NCBI GenBank assembly: GCA_949288185.1
Contig: CASEIZ010000008.1
Location: 891-64,890 of the forward strand
DNA from: an uncultured Eubacteriales bacterium
GTDB lineage: Bacteria; Bacillota; Clostridia; TANB77; CAG-508
Length of the DNA: 64,000 nt
Direction: 5' to 3'
The notes beneath the pieces were generated by a model that was not told the origin of the DNA, did not search any database, and worked only from the letters and a program-made list of their open reading frames with translations. Of the stretch, positions 1-12,048 are shown in pieces (within the stretch, counting starts at the first letter, position 1; each line of letters begins with the position of its first letter). The position numbers and the translations under genes are program-made.

Positions 1-558
1 AAAAAGCAAACCATAGTATTAGAAACACAATCAAAAGCTAACAATATGCAAGCATATTCTACGAATACAAGTAGAAGGATTATTGATTTTGTCAATGAAT
101 ATCAAAATGGAGCTTTAAAAAGAGATGAAAAGGGAAATGTAATGCTATCTAGTAATTTAGCAGTTTTAACAGAATATGAAAAAGGAATACAAATTGAATT
201 TTCAGAAAGAAGTAATCAAAAAGAATTAGAGGAAAACTATTTAAAAACATTATTAGAATTAATTAAAAAATATAATATAAACATCATCTGGCAACAAGAA
301 TTAAAAGGTGTAGAGAAAAAAGAAAATAATGCACTTTTAGAAAAATGTCAAAATGTATATAAAAAATTGTTTAATACAACAATGGAAGAAGTGATATCAC
401 AAGGGGTAGTAGAAGGCGGATTTTTTCTTGATAAGATGCCAGACTGTGAATATGTATGTATAGGACCGAATAGTTATGATGTGCATTCTCCAAGAGAAAG
501 AGTTTCTATTAGCTCAATAGAGAGAATTTGGGGATTTTTAAAAGAAGTTGTTAAATAA
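1..558 (+). CDS. M20-family peptidase (PepD-like aminoacyl-histidine dipeptidase), C-terminal part; runs off window start
   Basis: Frame open from base 1; C-terminal CIGPNSYDVHSPRERVSISSIERIW matches the PepD/M20 C-terminus. Confidence 0.75.
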   Translation, partial: KKQTIVLETQSKANNMQAYSTNTSRRIIDFVNEYQNGALKRDEKGNVMLSSNLAVLTEYEKGIQIEFSERSNQKELEENYLKTLLELIKKYNINIIWQQELKGVEKKENNALLEKCQNVYKKLFNTTMEEVISQGVVEGGFFLDKMPDCEYVCIGPNSYDVHSPRERVSISSIERIWGFLKEVVK

Positions 559-681
559 AAAGATACAAAAAGAAATAAGGTAATATACCTTTATTCTTTT
601 CGTATCTTTTTTATTGCATAAAAAATTGATTTTTATCTTTGATTATATAAGATTTTTCCGTATATAATAAGGTTAGGTTTC

Positions 682-1110
682 TTATAAATATTTTTTTAGC
701 CTTTCAACATTATTTTCTTGAAATTGAATAAAGTTTGTTAAAATATTTTTTATTTCAGGAGTTGTTTCTGGATTGTTGTTCAATAATTTAACACCTTCAA
801 TAATTCCCATATTGGTTCCTTTAATTAGTATTTCAGCAATTTTAGAATCAGAATTGTCTGTTAAAGTACTCATTTGAATATCAAACCATCCCATCATTTT
901 TTGTGCAGGATTTAATTCTTTAGGGAATTCCTCATATTTTCCAAGTTCTGCATTTACATCATTTAAAATAGCATTATATTGATTATATTCAGATTGTAAA
1001 TCATCTTTTAATTGGTCATCTGTCACTTTTTCTGCAATAGAAGAGATAGAGTCCATTCCCATTTTTATACCTTTATTGATTTCATTTAAAATATATTCTG
1101 GTCTATTCAT
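682..1110 (-). CDS. Conserved hypothetical protein, ferritin-like four-helix character
   Basis: ATG at 1110 preceded by AGGAGG (1120-1125); helical sequence with KGxxMG and QENNVERLKKYL motifs. Confidence 0.6.
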   Translation of the reverse strand: MNRPEYILNEINKGIKMGMDSISSIAEKVTDDQLKDDLQSEYNQYNAILNDVNAELGKYEEFPKELNPAQKMMGWFDIQMSTLTDNSDSKIAEILIKGTNMGIIEGVKLLNNNPETTPEIKNILTNFIQFQENNVERLKKYL

Positions 1111-1293
1111 CTTTTGATACCTCCTAAGTTTTTTTGAAATTTTATAACGATTTATAAAAATTTTATTTATTATCATCTTTCTAATTTTATTATGTACAAA
1201 TACATAAAAAATATGAATATAAAATGATATTTGAATAAAAAATAAAAAAAAGGAAAAAATGTGTATATAAAATCAAAGATAGGAGTGAAAAGA

Positions 1294-1728
1294 ATGGAAG
1301 AAATGGTAAATAAGCTAAATGAATTTTTAGCAGACTTAAATGTATTTTATAGAAAATTACAAAATTATCATTGGAATGTAAAGGGAAAAAACTTCTTTGT
1401 ATTACATGAAAAATTAGAAGAATATTATGATCAAATTAATGAAGAAATTGATGAAATCGCAGAGCATATATTAACCTTGGACAAACAACCATTAGGAACG
1501 ATGAAAGATTATTTAGAAAAAACATGTATAGAAGAAGCACCAAATGCAAAAATAGAGGGAGAAATTGTTTTAGATAAAGTGTTAAAAGATTTTGAAACTT
1601 TATTACAAAAATCAATGACAATAAAGAAATTAGCTGATGAACATCATATTTATGCAACATCTAGTTTGATAGATGATTATATTTTAGAATATAGTAAAAT
1701 TATATGGATGTTAAAACAGCATAAATAA
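1294..1728 (+). CDS. dps: DNA starvation/stationary-phase protection protein Dps
   Basis: LQNYHWNVKGKNFFVLHEKLEEYY and DEIAEHI ferroxidase motifs; ATG 1294 after AGGAG. Confidence 0.9.
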   Translation: MEEMVNKLNEFLADLNVFYRKLQNYHWNVKGKNFFVLHEKLEEYYDQINEEIDEIAEHILTLDKQPLGTMKDYLEKTCIEEAPNAKIEGEIVLDKVLKDFETLLQKSMTIKKLADEHHIYATSSLIDDYILEYSKIIWMLKQHK

Positions 1729-1765
1729 TAACAAAACAAAAAAGAAAAAATGTTCGCAAAAAGTA

Positions 1766-1794
1766 TTGACAATTTTTAAAATTGTGGATACAAT
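1766..1794 (+). promoter_or_regulatory. Sigma-A-type promoter of recN, flanked by an inverted repeat
   Basis: TTGACA 1766-1771, 17-bp spacer, TACAAT 1789-1794. Confidence 0.7.
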
Positions 1795-1848
1795 AAAGGC
1801 GAACATTTTTTTAGTGTAAGAAATAAAAAGAAAGTAGAGGAACAAGTT

Positions 1849-3483
1849 ATGATATCATCTTTACATATTAAAAATATAGGAATTATAGAGGATTTAAGCA
1901 TAGATTTCAACAAAGGTTTAAATGTTTTAACAGGTGAAACAGGAGCAGGAAAAACCTTAATTATTGATTCTCTTCAGATTATATCTGGAGGAAGATTTTC
2001 AAAAGAGATGATTAGAAAAGGAGAAAACAATTCTTTTGTAGAACTTTGTTTGTATTGTCCAGAAAATGAAAAAGCCATAGAGGGAAATATTATTGTTTCA
2101 AGAGAAATTAATGCAAATGGCAAAAATATGTGTAAAATTAATGGCAGAATGGTAACAGTCAATGAATTAAAAGACTTTATGAAACAGTTTATTGAAATTC
2201 ATGGACAAAATGATAATCAAAATTTATTAGATAGTAAGCTACATTTAAAATATTTAGATGGATTTATCGGGACAGAAATCTTAGGAAAAGATAAGGAAAC
2301 ATATAGAACATTATACAATCGTTATTTAGAAATCAAAGAAGAGTTAAAACAAAACTATGGTGATGATAAAGAAAGACAAAGAAAATTAGATTTATTAAGA
2401 TATCAAACAGAAGAAATTGAACAAGCAAAATTAAAAGAAAATGAAGAAGAAGGATTGGAAGAAAAAAGAAAATTATTTTTAAATTCAGAAAAAATTGTAG
2501 AAAATTTAGCTGAAGCAGATAGTGTATTATCTGAAAATACAATAGATAGTCTAAGCATGGCAATTCGAGCATTAGAAAAGATAGAAGGTATTGATAAAAA
2601 ATATGAAAAAGTGAGTAATAGTTTAAAAAGTGCCTATTATGAGCTACAAGAATTAGCAAGAGATATTAATGGATATAAAGAAGATGTTTATTTTGATGAA
2701 CAAGAAAGAAATGCTATAGAAGAACGATTAGATACCATTTATTCATTAAAAAGAAAGTATGGAAATAGTATACAAGAAATATTAGAGTATAATAAACAAA
2801 TACAAGAAGAAATCGAACATATAGAAAACTTAGAAGAGTATAACAATAAATTAAAGGCAGAACAAAAAAAGATAGAAAAAGAAATGAACATATTAGGGAA
2901 AAAGATGAGTACGGTGAGAACAGAATATGCAGAAAATTTGAGTAAATCTATTAATCAAGAATTAGTAGACTTAGAAATGAAAAACGCAAAAATCAATGTG
3001 AAAGTAGAGTATAAAGAAGAAGAATTTTTCAAAACAGGAAAAGATGTTGTTAAATTTTATATCACGACAAACTTAGGAGAAGATGAAAAAGAATTATCAA
3101 AAATTGCATCAGGAGGAGAAATGTCAAGAACTATGTTGGCAATCAAAAAGGTATTAGCAGATACAGACAAGATACCTGTATTGGTGTTTGATGAAATTGA
3201 CACAGGTATTAGTGGAAAAGCTGCTAATTCTGTAGCAACAAAATTAAAAGCAATTGCTAAGAAGCATCAAGTGATGTGTATTTCGCATTTACCAAATATT
3301 GCAGCAGTGGCAGATTATAATTATTTTATTAGTAAAAATGTTAAGGAAGAGAGAACAAAAACGCAAATTAGATTGTTAAAAGAAAATGAAGTGATAGAAG
3401 AAATTGCTAGAATCTCTTCTGGAGAAATTAATGAAGTTACTTTACAATATGCATATGAATTAAGAAATAAAAAAGCAAGTTAG
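1849..3483 (+). CDS. recN: DNA repair protein RecN
   Basis: Walker A TGETGAGKT, IEIHGQND, coiled coil, ASGGEMSR signature, VFDEIDTGISG. Confidence 0.95.
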   Translation: MISSLHIKNIGIIEDLSIDFNKGLNVLTGETGAGKTLIIDSLQIISGGRFSKEMIRKGENNSFVELCLYCPENEKAIEGNIIVSREINANGKNMCKINGRMVTVNELKDFMKQFIEIHGQNDNQNLLDSKLHLKYLDGFIGTEILGKDKETYRTLYNRYLEIKEELKQNYGDDKERQRKLDLLRYQTEEIEQAKLKENEEEGLEEKRKLFLNSEKIVENLAEADSVLSENTIDSLSMAIRALEKIEGIDKKYEKVSNSLKSAYYELQELARDINGYKEDVYFDEQERNAIEERLDTIYSLKRKYGNSIQEILEYNKQIQEEIEHIENLEEYNNKLKAEQKKIEKEMNILGKKMSTVRTEYAENLSKSINQELVDLEMKNAKINVKVEYKEEEFFKTGKDVVKFYITTNLGEDEKELSKIASGGEMSRTMLAIKKVLADTDKIPVLVFDEIDTGISGKAANSVATKLKAIAKKHQVMCISHLPNIAAVADYNYFISKNVKEERTKTQIRLLKENEVIEEIARISSGEINEVTLQYAYELRNKKAS

Positions 3484-3569
3484 GAAACTATTATAATAAA
3501 GCCTCTATTTTTAATTTTATTTAATTAGTATAAATTTCATGAATTTGTAAAAAATGTATATATATGTAA

Positions 3570-4853
<1,284 letters not shown>

Positions 4854-4861
4854 AAAAGGAC

Positions 4862-4917
4862 AAATCGGGAAATTGGGGACGGACTCATTTTTCCCGATTT
4901 ATCCGTCCCCAATTTCC
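4862..4917. repeat. GGGGACG-core palindromic element (subtype A, short)
   Basis: Perfect 16-bp inverted repeat GGAAATTGGGGACGGA 4868-4883 / TCCGTCCCCAATTTCC 4902-4917. Confidence 0.85.
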
Positions 4918-5003
4918 TCACAAGTTCTCTTGATTTTTTAAAGAAAGTAGTTTAAAATTTTTATAAAGAAGTTTAGAATCCAAAAAGAAAATGGGAGAGA
5001 CAT

Positions 5004-5429
5004 ATGAAAAATTTAATTGTGATAGAAGGAGAAAAAGACTATCAATATAATAATATACAAGAATTGGTTAAAGATTTTATACATCTGAATTATAATGAAA
5101 TGTCCAAAGAAGAACAAATAAAAGAAATAGAAAAAAGAGCAATAGCTAATACGGTTAAAGATAATGTGGAAATGATAATGATAGATAAAGAACAAATCAT
5201 ATCCACAATAGACTTGAAAAATAAATTTATTATCAACGATGAATATACATATATATTGTCTATGTTAATATTTAACAAATTCGTTTTATTAGAAGAAATA
5301 AATGCTAATATATTTGGCAAATATATGAAACAAAAACCTAAAAAAGGAAATTATATAATTCTTAACAAATTTGCAAATGAAATCATGCAAAAATACATAG
5401 AGGATAAAAGGAAGGAAAAAAATGGATGA
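5004..5429 (+). CDS. Hypothetical protein
   Basis: 141-aa ORF, GGGAGAG SD, overlaps start of next gene. Confidence 0.65.
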   Translation: MKNLIVIEGEKDYQYNNIQELVKDFIHLNYNEMSKEEQIKEIEKRAIANTVKDNVEMIMIDKEQIISTIDLKNKFIINDEYTYILSMLIFNKFVLLEEINANIFGKYMKQKPKKGNYIILNKFANEIMQKYIEDKRKEKNG

Positions 5430-7258
5430 TGAAAAAATACAAGAGTTAGATTACTTTGAAGGTGACGATTTGGGCACGCAACATAGCAAAAGTAAGATTA
5501 TTTCTACGATAAAAGATGACGACAAAAAAATTGCAACAATGAAGAAGCATATAAAAAATTCCACATTTCGACTAGAAATAATAAAAACGTTTCAATCTAG
5601 TCAAAAAAAGATAGACAATTTATATTTAATAACAGATGATTTTGATAAAAAAATTTTATTAGAAGATACAGAAATAACAAATGATGAGCAAAGATTAATA
5701 ATTGTTAAGGCATTTACAAAAGATTATAATAAAGTTCCATATATTCGAGAAATGAATGAGGATAATAGAGAAAAGTCTTTGCAATTCCTATCTATTGATG
5801 GAGCAAAAAAGGATGTTATTTTGACCTTGTCACTAGAAAGAAGATTAAAACATTTAGAAGATATAAGACCACATTTTTTTCAATATAAGGAAGAAATTAT
5901 AGATTCTGTTCAAGATGATGAAATAAAGAAGAATTATCTAAGAGAAGTAAAAGACCAAGAAGTAATTACAAAAATTCTTATGAGTATAAAGGATGATACA
6001 TATAAATTAGAAAAGATAGAAGAATTGGTCAAAGAAGAGTCAAACAGAGCTTTAGTCATTGCATCATTAAAAGATGATGAAATAAAATCAGAAAAATTAC
6101 AAGAACTATTGGATAAAGATAATCAACTCCTTGTAAAAATTTCTTTTCAAGATCCCAAAAGATTAAAAGAAAATTTTTTCAACTCTAAAAGGACATATAA
6201 ACAAATTGGATTAGATAAAGAAATGTCAATAGGTATAGAAATTGAATCAGAGGGAGAAAGAGCAGAATTATTAAGAAAATTAAAAAGTTTTCTAAACGAA
6301 GATGATGAAAAACAAGAGAGAAAATGGGAAACAAAAGGTGATTTAAGTTTATCTGAACAAGATGGATTAGAGGTTGTTTCTCCTATATTAATAGACTCGA
6401 AAAAAGATGTGGAAGAAATTTATATGACATGTGAGATGCTAAGACAAGCAGGACAAGAGGCAAACGAAAAATGTGGTGCACATGTTCATATAGGAGCAGA
6501 ATATTTAAAAAGTAAAGAAGCATATGCAAATTTACTTGAAATATGGGGAAATACAGAAAGAATCATGTATATTATCACGAATGAGCCAGGAAGCATACCA
6601 AGAGGAGGGACTAGTCAACATGCAGAACCTATATCATATAAAATAGCTCAGGCAATTGAAGAAGGTAGTATAGAATTAAATGATGAACAAGATTTACAAA
6701 CATTTATCAGTAGTTTACAAAAGATGCAAAACAATAAAGAAAGAAGTTTGAATTTATTAAATATTAATAATCAAAAAAATACAATTGAATTTAGAGTCGC
6801 AAATGGAACAATTAATCCAGATGTTTGGATTGAAAATATAAAATTATTTGGAAGACTTGTGCAAAGAGCAGAGGAATTAGCAGAAATTGAACAAAAAAGT
6901 AATATCAATGAAGAAGAAAGACAACAATTAGAATTAAAAGAAAGGTTAAAAGAAGATATTCCTGAAAAAGAAAAATTAGAAATAGTATTAGACATATTAT
7001 TTGAAGAGGAAGAAAAAGAGGTATATAGAGAACGATATAAAGAGAATTCTAATATATTAAAACGTTATCGGATATGAAAATTTTCCTTTTCTTGATAGGG
7101 ATTTTAAAACAGTAGATTTTAGACATAAAAAAGAAGAATTTTATGAAGTAGCGGCACAGGAACGATATGGCAATATAGCTGAAGTAATGAGAGAAACAAC
7201 AGAAGGATTAGAAGAATTACATAATCGAAAAGAAGATAGAAGTTGGGAGGAAAAATAA
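5422..7258 (+). CDS. Amidoligase-family (COOH-NH2 ligase type 2) protein with N-terminal helical repeats; 0-frame stop at 7077, extends to 7258 with a +1 shift at CGG 7069-7071
   Basis: IGIEIES, GLEVVSPIL, CGAHVHIG, TIEFRVANGT motifs; +1 frame open for 62 codons from 7070 to TAA 7256-7258, 3 nt before the next ATG. Confidence 0.7.
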
Positions 7259-7261
7259 AAC

Positions 7262-7702
7262 ATGGTTAGTCAAGAATATAGAGAATCGATTGTAGAGGTA
7301 TTAGAAATATTAAAATATTCTGATAATGAAATGATAGAAAAAATCCCCCAAACATTACTTGCATTTTGGGAAAGAAATCAATCAACTACATATAAACCCA
7401 ATATAGATCACCATAAAAAAATACAAGAGATGGAATTAAGACCAAAAACAAGAGCTATATTAACAATGTTGTATATCAATTATTTATGTGATGAAAAAGA
7501 AAAGAAGGAAATGATTTTCATATTAAAGAAAAATGAACAAATATATCAAAATGATTTAAAAGAGAGATATAATGTAGAACAACTATTTAAAAAAGAAAAA
7601 CAAAAAAAGCAAGAGCAAATAAAAAATGAAATAACAATGATTCCATATAAACCATCTTGGCTTGAAAAAATAAGAAATCATATAAAGGCAATGTTTAAAT
7701 AA
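7262..7702 (+). CDS. Hypothetical protein with amphipathic C-terminal helix
   Basis: 146-aa ORF, GGAGG SD, C-terminus PYKPSWLEKIRNHIKAMFK. Confidence 0.7.
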   Translation: MVSQEYRESIVEVLEILKYSDNEMIEKIPQTLLAFWERNQSTTYKPNIDHHKKIQEMELRPKTRAILTMLYINYLCDEKEKKEMIFILKKNEQIYQNDLKERYNVEQLFKKEKQKKQEQIKNEITMIPYKPSWLEKIRNHIKAMFK

Positions 7703-7711
7703 AAAAATGCA

Positions 7712-7761
7712 TAAAAACAAAAAATCTTAGAGCAAAATACCCTAAGATTTTTTTGTTTTAT
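7712..7761. terminator. Bidirectional intrinsic terminator
   Basis: AAAATCTTAG/CTAAGATTTT stem with A and T tracts between convergent genes. Confidence 0.7.
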
Positions 7762-9113
7762 TAATGTTTCATATTTCTATTTAAAGTATTAAATCTAACG
7801 AATGAATAAATGATTATTCCAACAACGACTACAAATAAAGCAATCATAATAGGTGTACCAGCTGCTGGTAATTTAACAGGTGGTTCTGTAAGTCTTAATT
7901 TAGGTGTTACATCAGAAGTATCTTCTGCAGTTTTACCATTAAAATCTGTATAAGAAAGATCAACTCTTTCATTTGTATCTAAAATTTTTCCAACAATACT
8001 ACTGTCAAAATCTCGTTTTAAACTTAATGTATATTGAACAGTTGCTGTTTCTCCAGGTTGCAATTCGGAAATTGTCCATGTAATAGAATTCGTTTCAGTA
8101 TCAACATTTGCTGAAATGGTTCCAATATTTGGTTGGGCAACATAAGCAAATTCAAAGTTGTCGATAATTTCTTGTGGGAAATAATCGGTAACAACAATAT
8201 CTGTTATAACTTGTTCAATTGGTAATAAATCATTATAAATGTCATTTGTTATCGTTTGTTCAATTTCGCTATCTTGTACATAATAGAATTTTCCAGCAGT
8301 TGGAGTTTCTTCTGTACCAAAGATTTCCTCAATAATATCTCCATATGTTTTGTCATCTTGTCTAGTTGCTGGAACATCATCTGTTTCAGTAATACCTGTA
8401 AGCATAGTAATAATATCATATCCAGATGTAGCTAAAGATATTAATTGAGAACGTGTTTTAGAGATGACGTCATCAGAATAATACATACCATCATAATCTA
8501 AAGCAACATTTGGAATACCATCTGTTAGAACAATTATATATTTATTATTGTCTTCTTCAGTAAAATACTGACTTGCCAAACTTAGTCCAGCCTCTAAATC
8601 TGTTCTAGGTCCAGTATATTGAATATTAGAAATAGCAGATGTTAATGATTGAGGGTCTGATGATAAATCTGAAACTAAATTAGCATCATCGATAGTTCCT
8701 TCTAAAGAAACATCAGCATTTGTAGAGAAGCTAACAACACCTACTTGTAAATTGTTATTTCCTTCTAAAATAGTATTGACTAAAGTATTGGCAGACTCAA
8801 TAACCAAATCTTCTCTAGTCGTTGTTCCTTCAACAATTTCTTCCATACTCATAGAGTTGTCGATAACCAACATAACTTCACCTGTTGGTTGTAAAGAAGC
8901 CTCTTCATTAGTTACTTGTAATTGAAGTGTAACTTCTTTATCATTTAGATTTTTTTCAATCAATCTTTTTTCAAAACTTGAATTTTCTCCAATTTCTATT
9001 GTACAAACAGGTTCTTCAACAACTGTCATAGTAACCGTATCATAAGATGCCAAAGAAATATTTGCAACTAAAATTAGAATTAAAAATAAGGTAATTAAAA
9101 CACTTTTTTTCAT
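7761..9113 (-). CDS. Secreted VWA-domain surface protein with sortase-like anchor
   Basis: Signal peptide; MIDAS DNSMS, T of RTDL, VLTDG; C-terminal LPAAG + hydrophobic helix + basic tail. Confidence 0.8.
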   Translation of the reverse strand: MKKSVLITLFLILILVANISLASYDTVTMTVVEEPVCTIEIGENSSFEKRLIEKNLNDKEVTLQLQVTNEEASLQPTGEVMLVIDNSMSMEEIVEGTTTREDLVIESANTLVNTILEGNNNLQVGVVSFSTNADVSLEGTIDDANLVSDLSSDPQSLTSAISNIQYTGPRTDLEAGLSLASQYFTEEDNNKYIIVLTDGIPNVALDYDGMYYSDDVISKTRSQLISLATSGYDIITMLTGITETDDVPATRQDDKTYGDIIEEIFGTEETPTAGKFYYVQDSEIEQTITNDIYNDLLPIEQVITDIVVTDYFPQEIIDNFEFAYVAQPNIGTISANVDTETNSITWTISELQPGETATVQYTLSLKRDFDSSIVGKILDTNERVDLSYTDFNGKTAEDTSDVTPKLRLTEPPVKLPAAGTPIMIALFVVVVGIIIYSFVRFNTLNRNMKH

Positions 9114-9244
9114 ACGTAATCCTCCCATAAATTTATTTCAATATATATTTTAACACAAGAAATAAAAAATACAACAAATTTGTAGAAAAAACCAAAAAAA
9201 TATGATAAAATGTAACATGCAAATTAAAATAAAAAGGTGATAAC

Positions 9245-11248
9245 ATGTTAGAAAATATAAACTCTCCAGAAGATTTGAAAAAATTAAGTATCTTAGAAGA
9301 ACAAAAATTGGCAGAAGAAATTAGAAAATATATACTAGAAATCGTGTCAAAAAATGGTGGACATTTGGCTTCAAATTTAGGAGTAGTAGAATTAACATTA
9401 GCATTACATAATGTATTTGATTTTAAAAAAGATAAAATTGTATGGGATGTAGGACATCAAACTTATATACATAAAATTTTAACAGGAAGAAGAGAAGAAT
9501 TAAAGACATTAAGAACATTAAATGGTATTGCAGGTTTTCCTAAAACAAATGAATCCCCATATGACTTTTTTAATACTGGACATAGCAGTACCTCTATATC
9601 AGCAGCTTTAGGAATGGCGAGAGCAAGAGATTTAAGAGGAGAAAACTATTCTGTATTAGCTGTGATTGGTGATGGAGCTTTAACAGGTGGTATGGCATTA
9701 GAAGCATTAAATGATGTGGGATATAGTAAAACCAAAATGACTATTATTTTAAATGATAATGAAATGAGTATCTCACCCAATATTGGTGGACTAAATATGT
9801 TACTAAGTAAGTTAAGAACGAAAAAAATGTATACAAGATCAAATGTCATTATGAAAAAAAGAATTAGCGAAATACCGGTTATAGGAAAACCAATTGTTAA
9901 AATGGTACAAATTATAAAAAGAAGTATTAAACAATTAATTATACCAAAAATGTTTTTTGAAGATATTGGTTTTACCTATTTAGGACCAGTAGATGGACAT
10001 AACTTAGAAGAATTACAAAGTATATTAACTTTAAGTAAGCAAATTGATAATCCTGTACTAATTCATGTATTAACCAAAAAAGGAAAAGGATATGAAATTG
10101 CAGAAAAAAATCCAGACAAATTTCATGCAACAGGACCTTTTGATATTGAAACAGGAAAAAGCAAAAAAGAAAAGGGAAAAGATTATTCCAAAGTATTTGG
10201 AGATAAGTTAGTAGAGTTAGCAAAGAAGAATGAAAAGATTGTAGCTATTACAGCTTCTATGAAAGATGGAACAGGTCTTACAAGATTTAGTGAAGAATTT
10301 CCAGATAGATTTTTTGATATCGGAATTGCAGAACAACATGCATTAGGCTTAGCAGCAGGAATGGCAATAGATGGCATGATACCAGTTGTTCCTATTTATT
10401 CGTCATTTTATCAAAGAGCATACGACCAAGTAATCCATGATATAGCGCTTCAAAATTTACCAGTCATTATGTGTGTGGATAGAGCAGGTATTGTTGGAGC
10501 AGACGGAGAAACTCATCAAGGAACCTTAGATATGGCATTTTTTAGATTAGTTCCTAATTTAACGATTTTAGCACCAAAAGATTTTCAAGAATTAGAAGAT
10601 ATGTTAGCATTTGCAGTCGATTTGAAAAAGCCAGTCGTGATACGATATCCAAGAGGTGGAGAAGATAAAGAACCATTTGAAAAACATGAAAAAATAGAAG
10701 AAGGAAAAGCTGAACTTCTAAAAGAAGGAAAAGATATATCCATATTCACAATTGGAAAAACAGTGGCAAGAGGAATAAAAATTGCCAAAACACTTCAAAA
10801 TAGGAATATAGATGCAGAAGTGATAAATGTTAGATTTTTAAAACCTTTAGATGTAGAAACATTAAAAAAATCTATTGAGAAAACGAAAAAGGTGATTACA
10901 ATAGAAGATGGTACGATTATCAATGGATTAGGCACAGCTATAAAAGAATTGATAATGGATAATCATATGGAAAATATAGAAGTAAAAGCTTATGCATATC
11001 CAGATAAATTTATTCAACATGGAAGTGTTGATGAATTAGAAAACATATATCATTTAGATGAAGATTCTATTGTAAAAGATATACAAAAACACATAGAATC
11101 AGAGTTAGAAGAAAAAAACGAAGAAGAAAAATTAAATGATAGTGAAGAGAATTATAAAGATACAAAAGCAGAAGAAGTAAAGAAAAATAATAGGCATAAA
11201 AATAAGAAGAATAAAAAAGTAAAAATGGGAGAGATGAAACATAAATGA
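9245..11248 (+). CDS. dxs: 1-deoxy-D-xylulose-5-phosphate synthase
   Basis: GGHLASNLG, WDVGHQ, GDGALTGGMALEALN, IAEQHA, DGETHQG. Confidence 0.97.
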   Translation: MLENINSPEDLKKLSILEEQKLAEEIRKYILEIVSKNGGHLASNLGVVELTLALHNVFDFKKDKIVWDVGHQTYIHKILTGRREELKTLRTLNGIAGFPKTNESPYDFFNTGHSSTSISAALGMARARDLRGENYSVLAVIGDGALTGGMALEALNDVGYSKTKMTIILNDNEMSISPNIGGLNMLLSKLRTKKMYTRSNVIMKKRISEIPVIGKPIVKMVQIIKRSIKQLIIPKMFFEDIGFTYLGPVDGHNLEELQSILTLSKQIDNPVLIHVLTKKGKGYEIAEKNPDKFHATGPFDIETGKSKKEKGKDYSKVFGDKLVELAKKNEKIVAITASMKDGTGLTRFSEEFPDRFFDIGIAEQHALGLAAGMAIDGMIPVVPIYSSFYQRAYDQVIHDIALQNLPVIMCVDRAGIVGADGETHQGTLDMAFFRLVPNLTILAPKDFQELEDMLAFAVDLKKPVVIRYPRGGEDKEPFEKHEKIEEGKAELLKEGKDISIFTIGKTVARGIKIAKTLQNRNIDAEVINVRFLKPLDVETLKKSIEKTKKVITIEDGTIINGLGTAIKELIMDNHMENIEVKAYAYPDKFIQHGSVDELENIYHLDEDSIVKDIQKHIESELEEKNEEEKLNDSEENYKDTKAEEVKKNNRHKNKKNKKVKMGEMKHK

Positions 11249-12048
11249 ATAAACAAGAACTGTTAAAAGATTATAAAAAGCAAGAAGATAAATTATGTTT
11301 GTCACAAGTATTAGACAAAATAGAAATATCATCAAAAAGAGAAAAAATTGAATATACAGATTTTTTAGATATGTATCAAGTATCTTTAGTAGAAAACTTT
11401 TTAAGAAAAATACAATTTCAAAATTTTAAATTATATGGTGGATATGAAGATGCAGAAAGAAAGGTATTAATTACTTTCCCTGAAAAATTTGATGATAACA
11501 TGTTAGAAAAAAATTATGATAAGATTTTAAAAGTCGTACGAATTCAATTACCAGAAGAAGAAAAAGGAAAATATTCACATAGAAACTACTTAGGTGGAAT
11601 TGTGAAATTAGGATTAAAAAGAGAAAAAGTAGGAGATATTCTTGTGGGAGAAGAAGGGGCAGATATTATAACTGTTAGCGATTTTGCAGATGTTTTAAAA
11701 ACACAATTACCATCTCTTACAAGATTTGAAAATGCAAAAATAGAAATCGAAAATATTAAAAATGTAAGAAAATTAGAAATAAAAGTAGAAGAGGTTAGCA
11801 TTATTGTTCCTTCATTAAGATTGGACAATATTGTATCAGACCTAGCAAGAACTTCTAGAAGTAAAGCGTCAGAAATTATTGCACAAGAAAGAGTATTTGT
11901 AAACGGACAAAATGAAACGAAGAATTCAAAACAAGTAAAATGTGGAGATATCATAACCATTAGAGGAAAGGGTAGATTTATTATTAAAGAATTTACTGGA
12001 ACAACAAGAAGTGGAAGAACAGTGGTGTTAGTGGAAAAATATGTCTAA
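11245..12048 (+). CDS. ylmH: YlmH/Sll1252-family S4-domain RNA-binding protein
   Basis: TDFLD, GGYEDAERK, HRNYLG, SLRLD S4 domain, IRGKGRF. Confidence 0.85.
   Translation: MNKQELLKDYKKQEDKLCLSQVLDKIEISSKREKIEYTDFLDMYQVSLVENFLRKIQFQNFKLYGGYEDAERKVLITFPEKFDDNMLEKNYDKILKVVRIQLPEEEKGKYSHRNYLGGIVKLGLKREKVGDILVGEEGADIITVSDFADVLKTQLPSLTRFENAKIEIENIKNVRKLEIKVEEVSIIVPSLRLDNIVSDLARTSRSKASEIIAQERVFVNGQNETKNSKQVKCGDIITIRGKGRFIIKEFTGTTRSGRTVVLVEKYV

Noticed and set aside
11095-11248. Charged low-complexity tail of Dxs
   Set aside because: Consistent with stop-codon drift up to the ylmH start; no motif.
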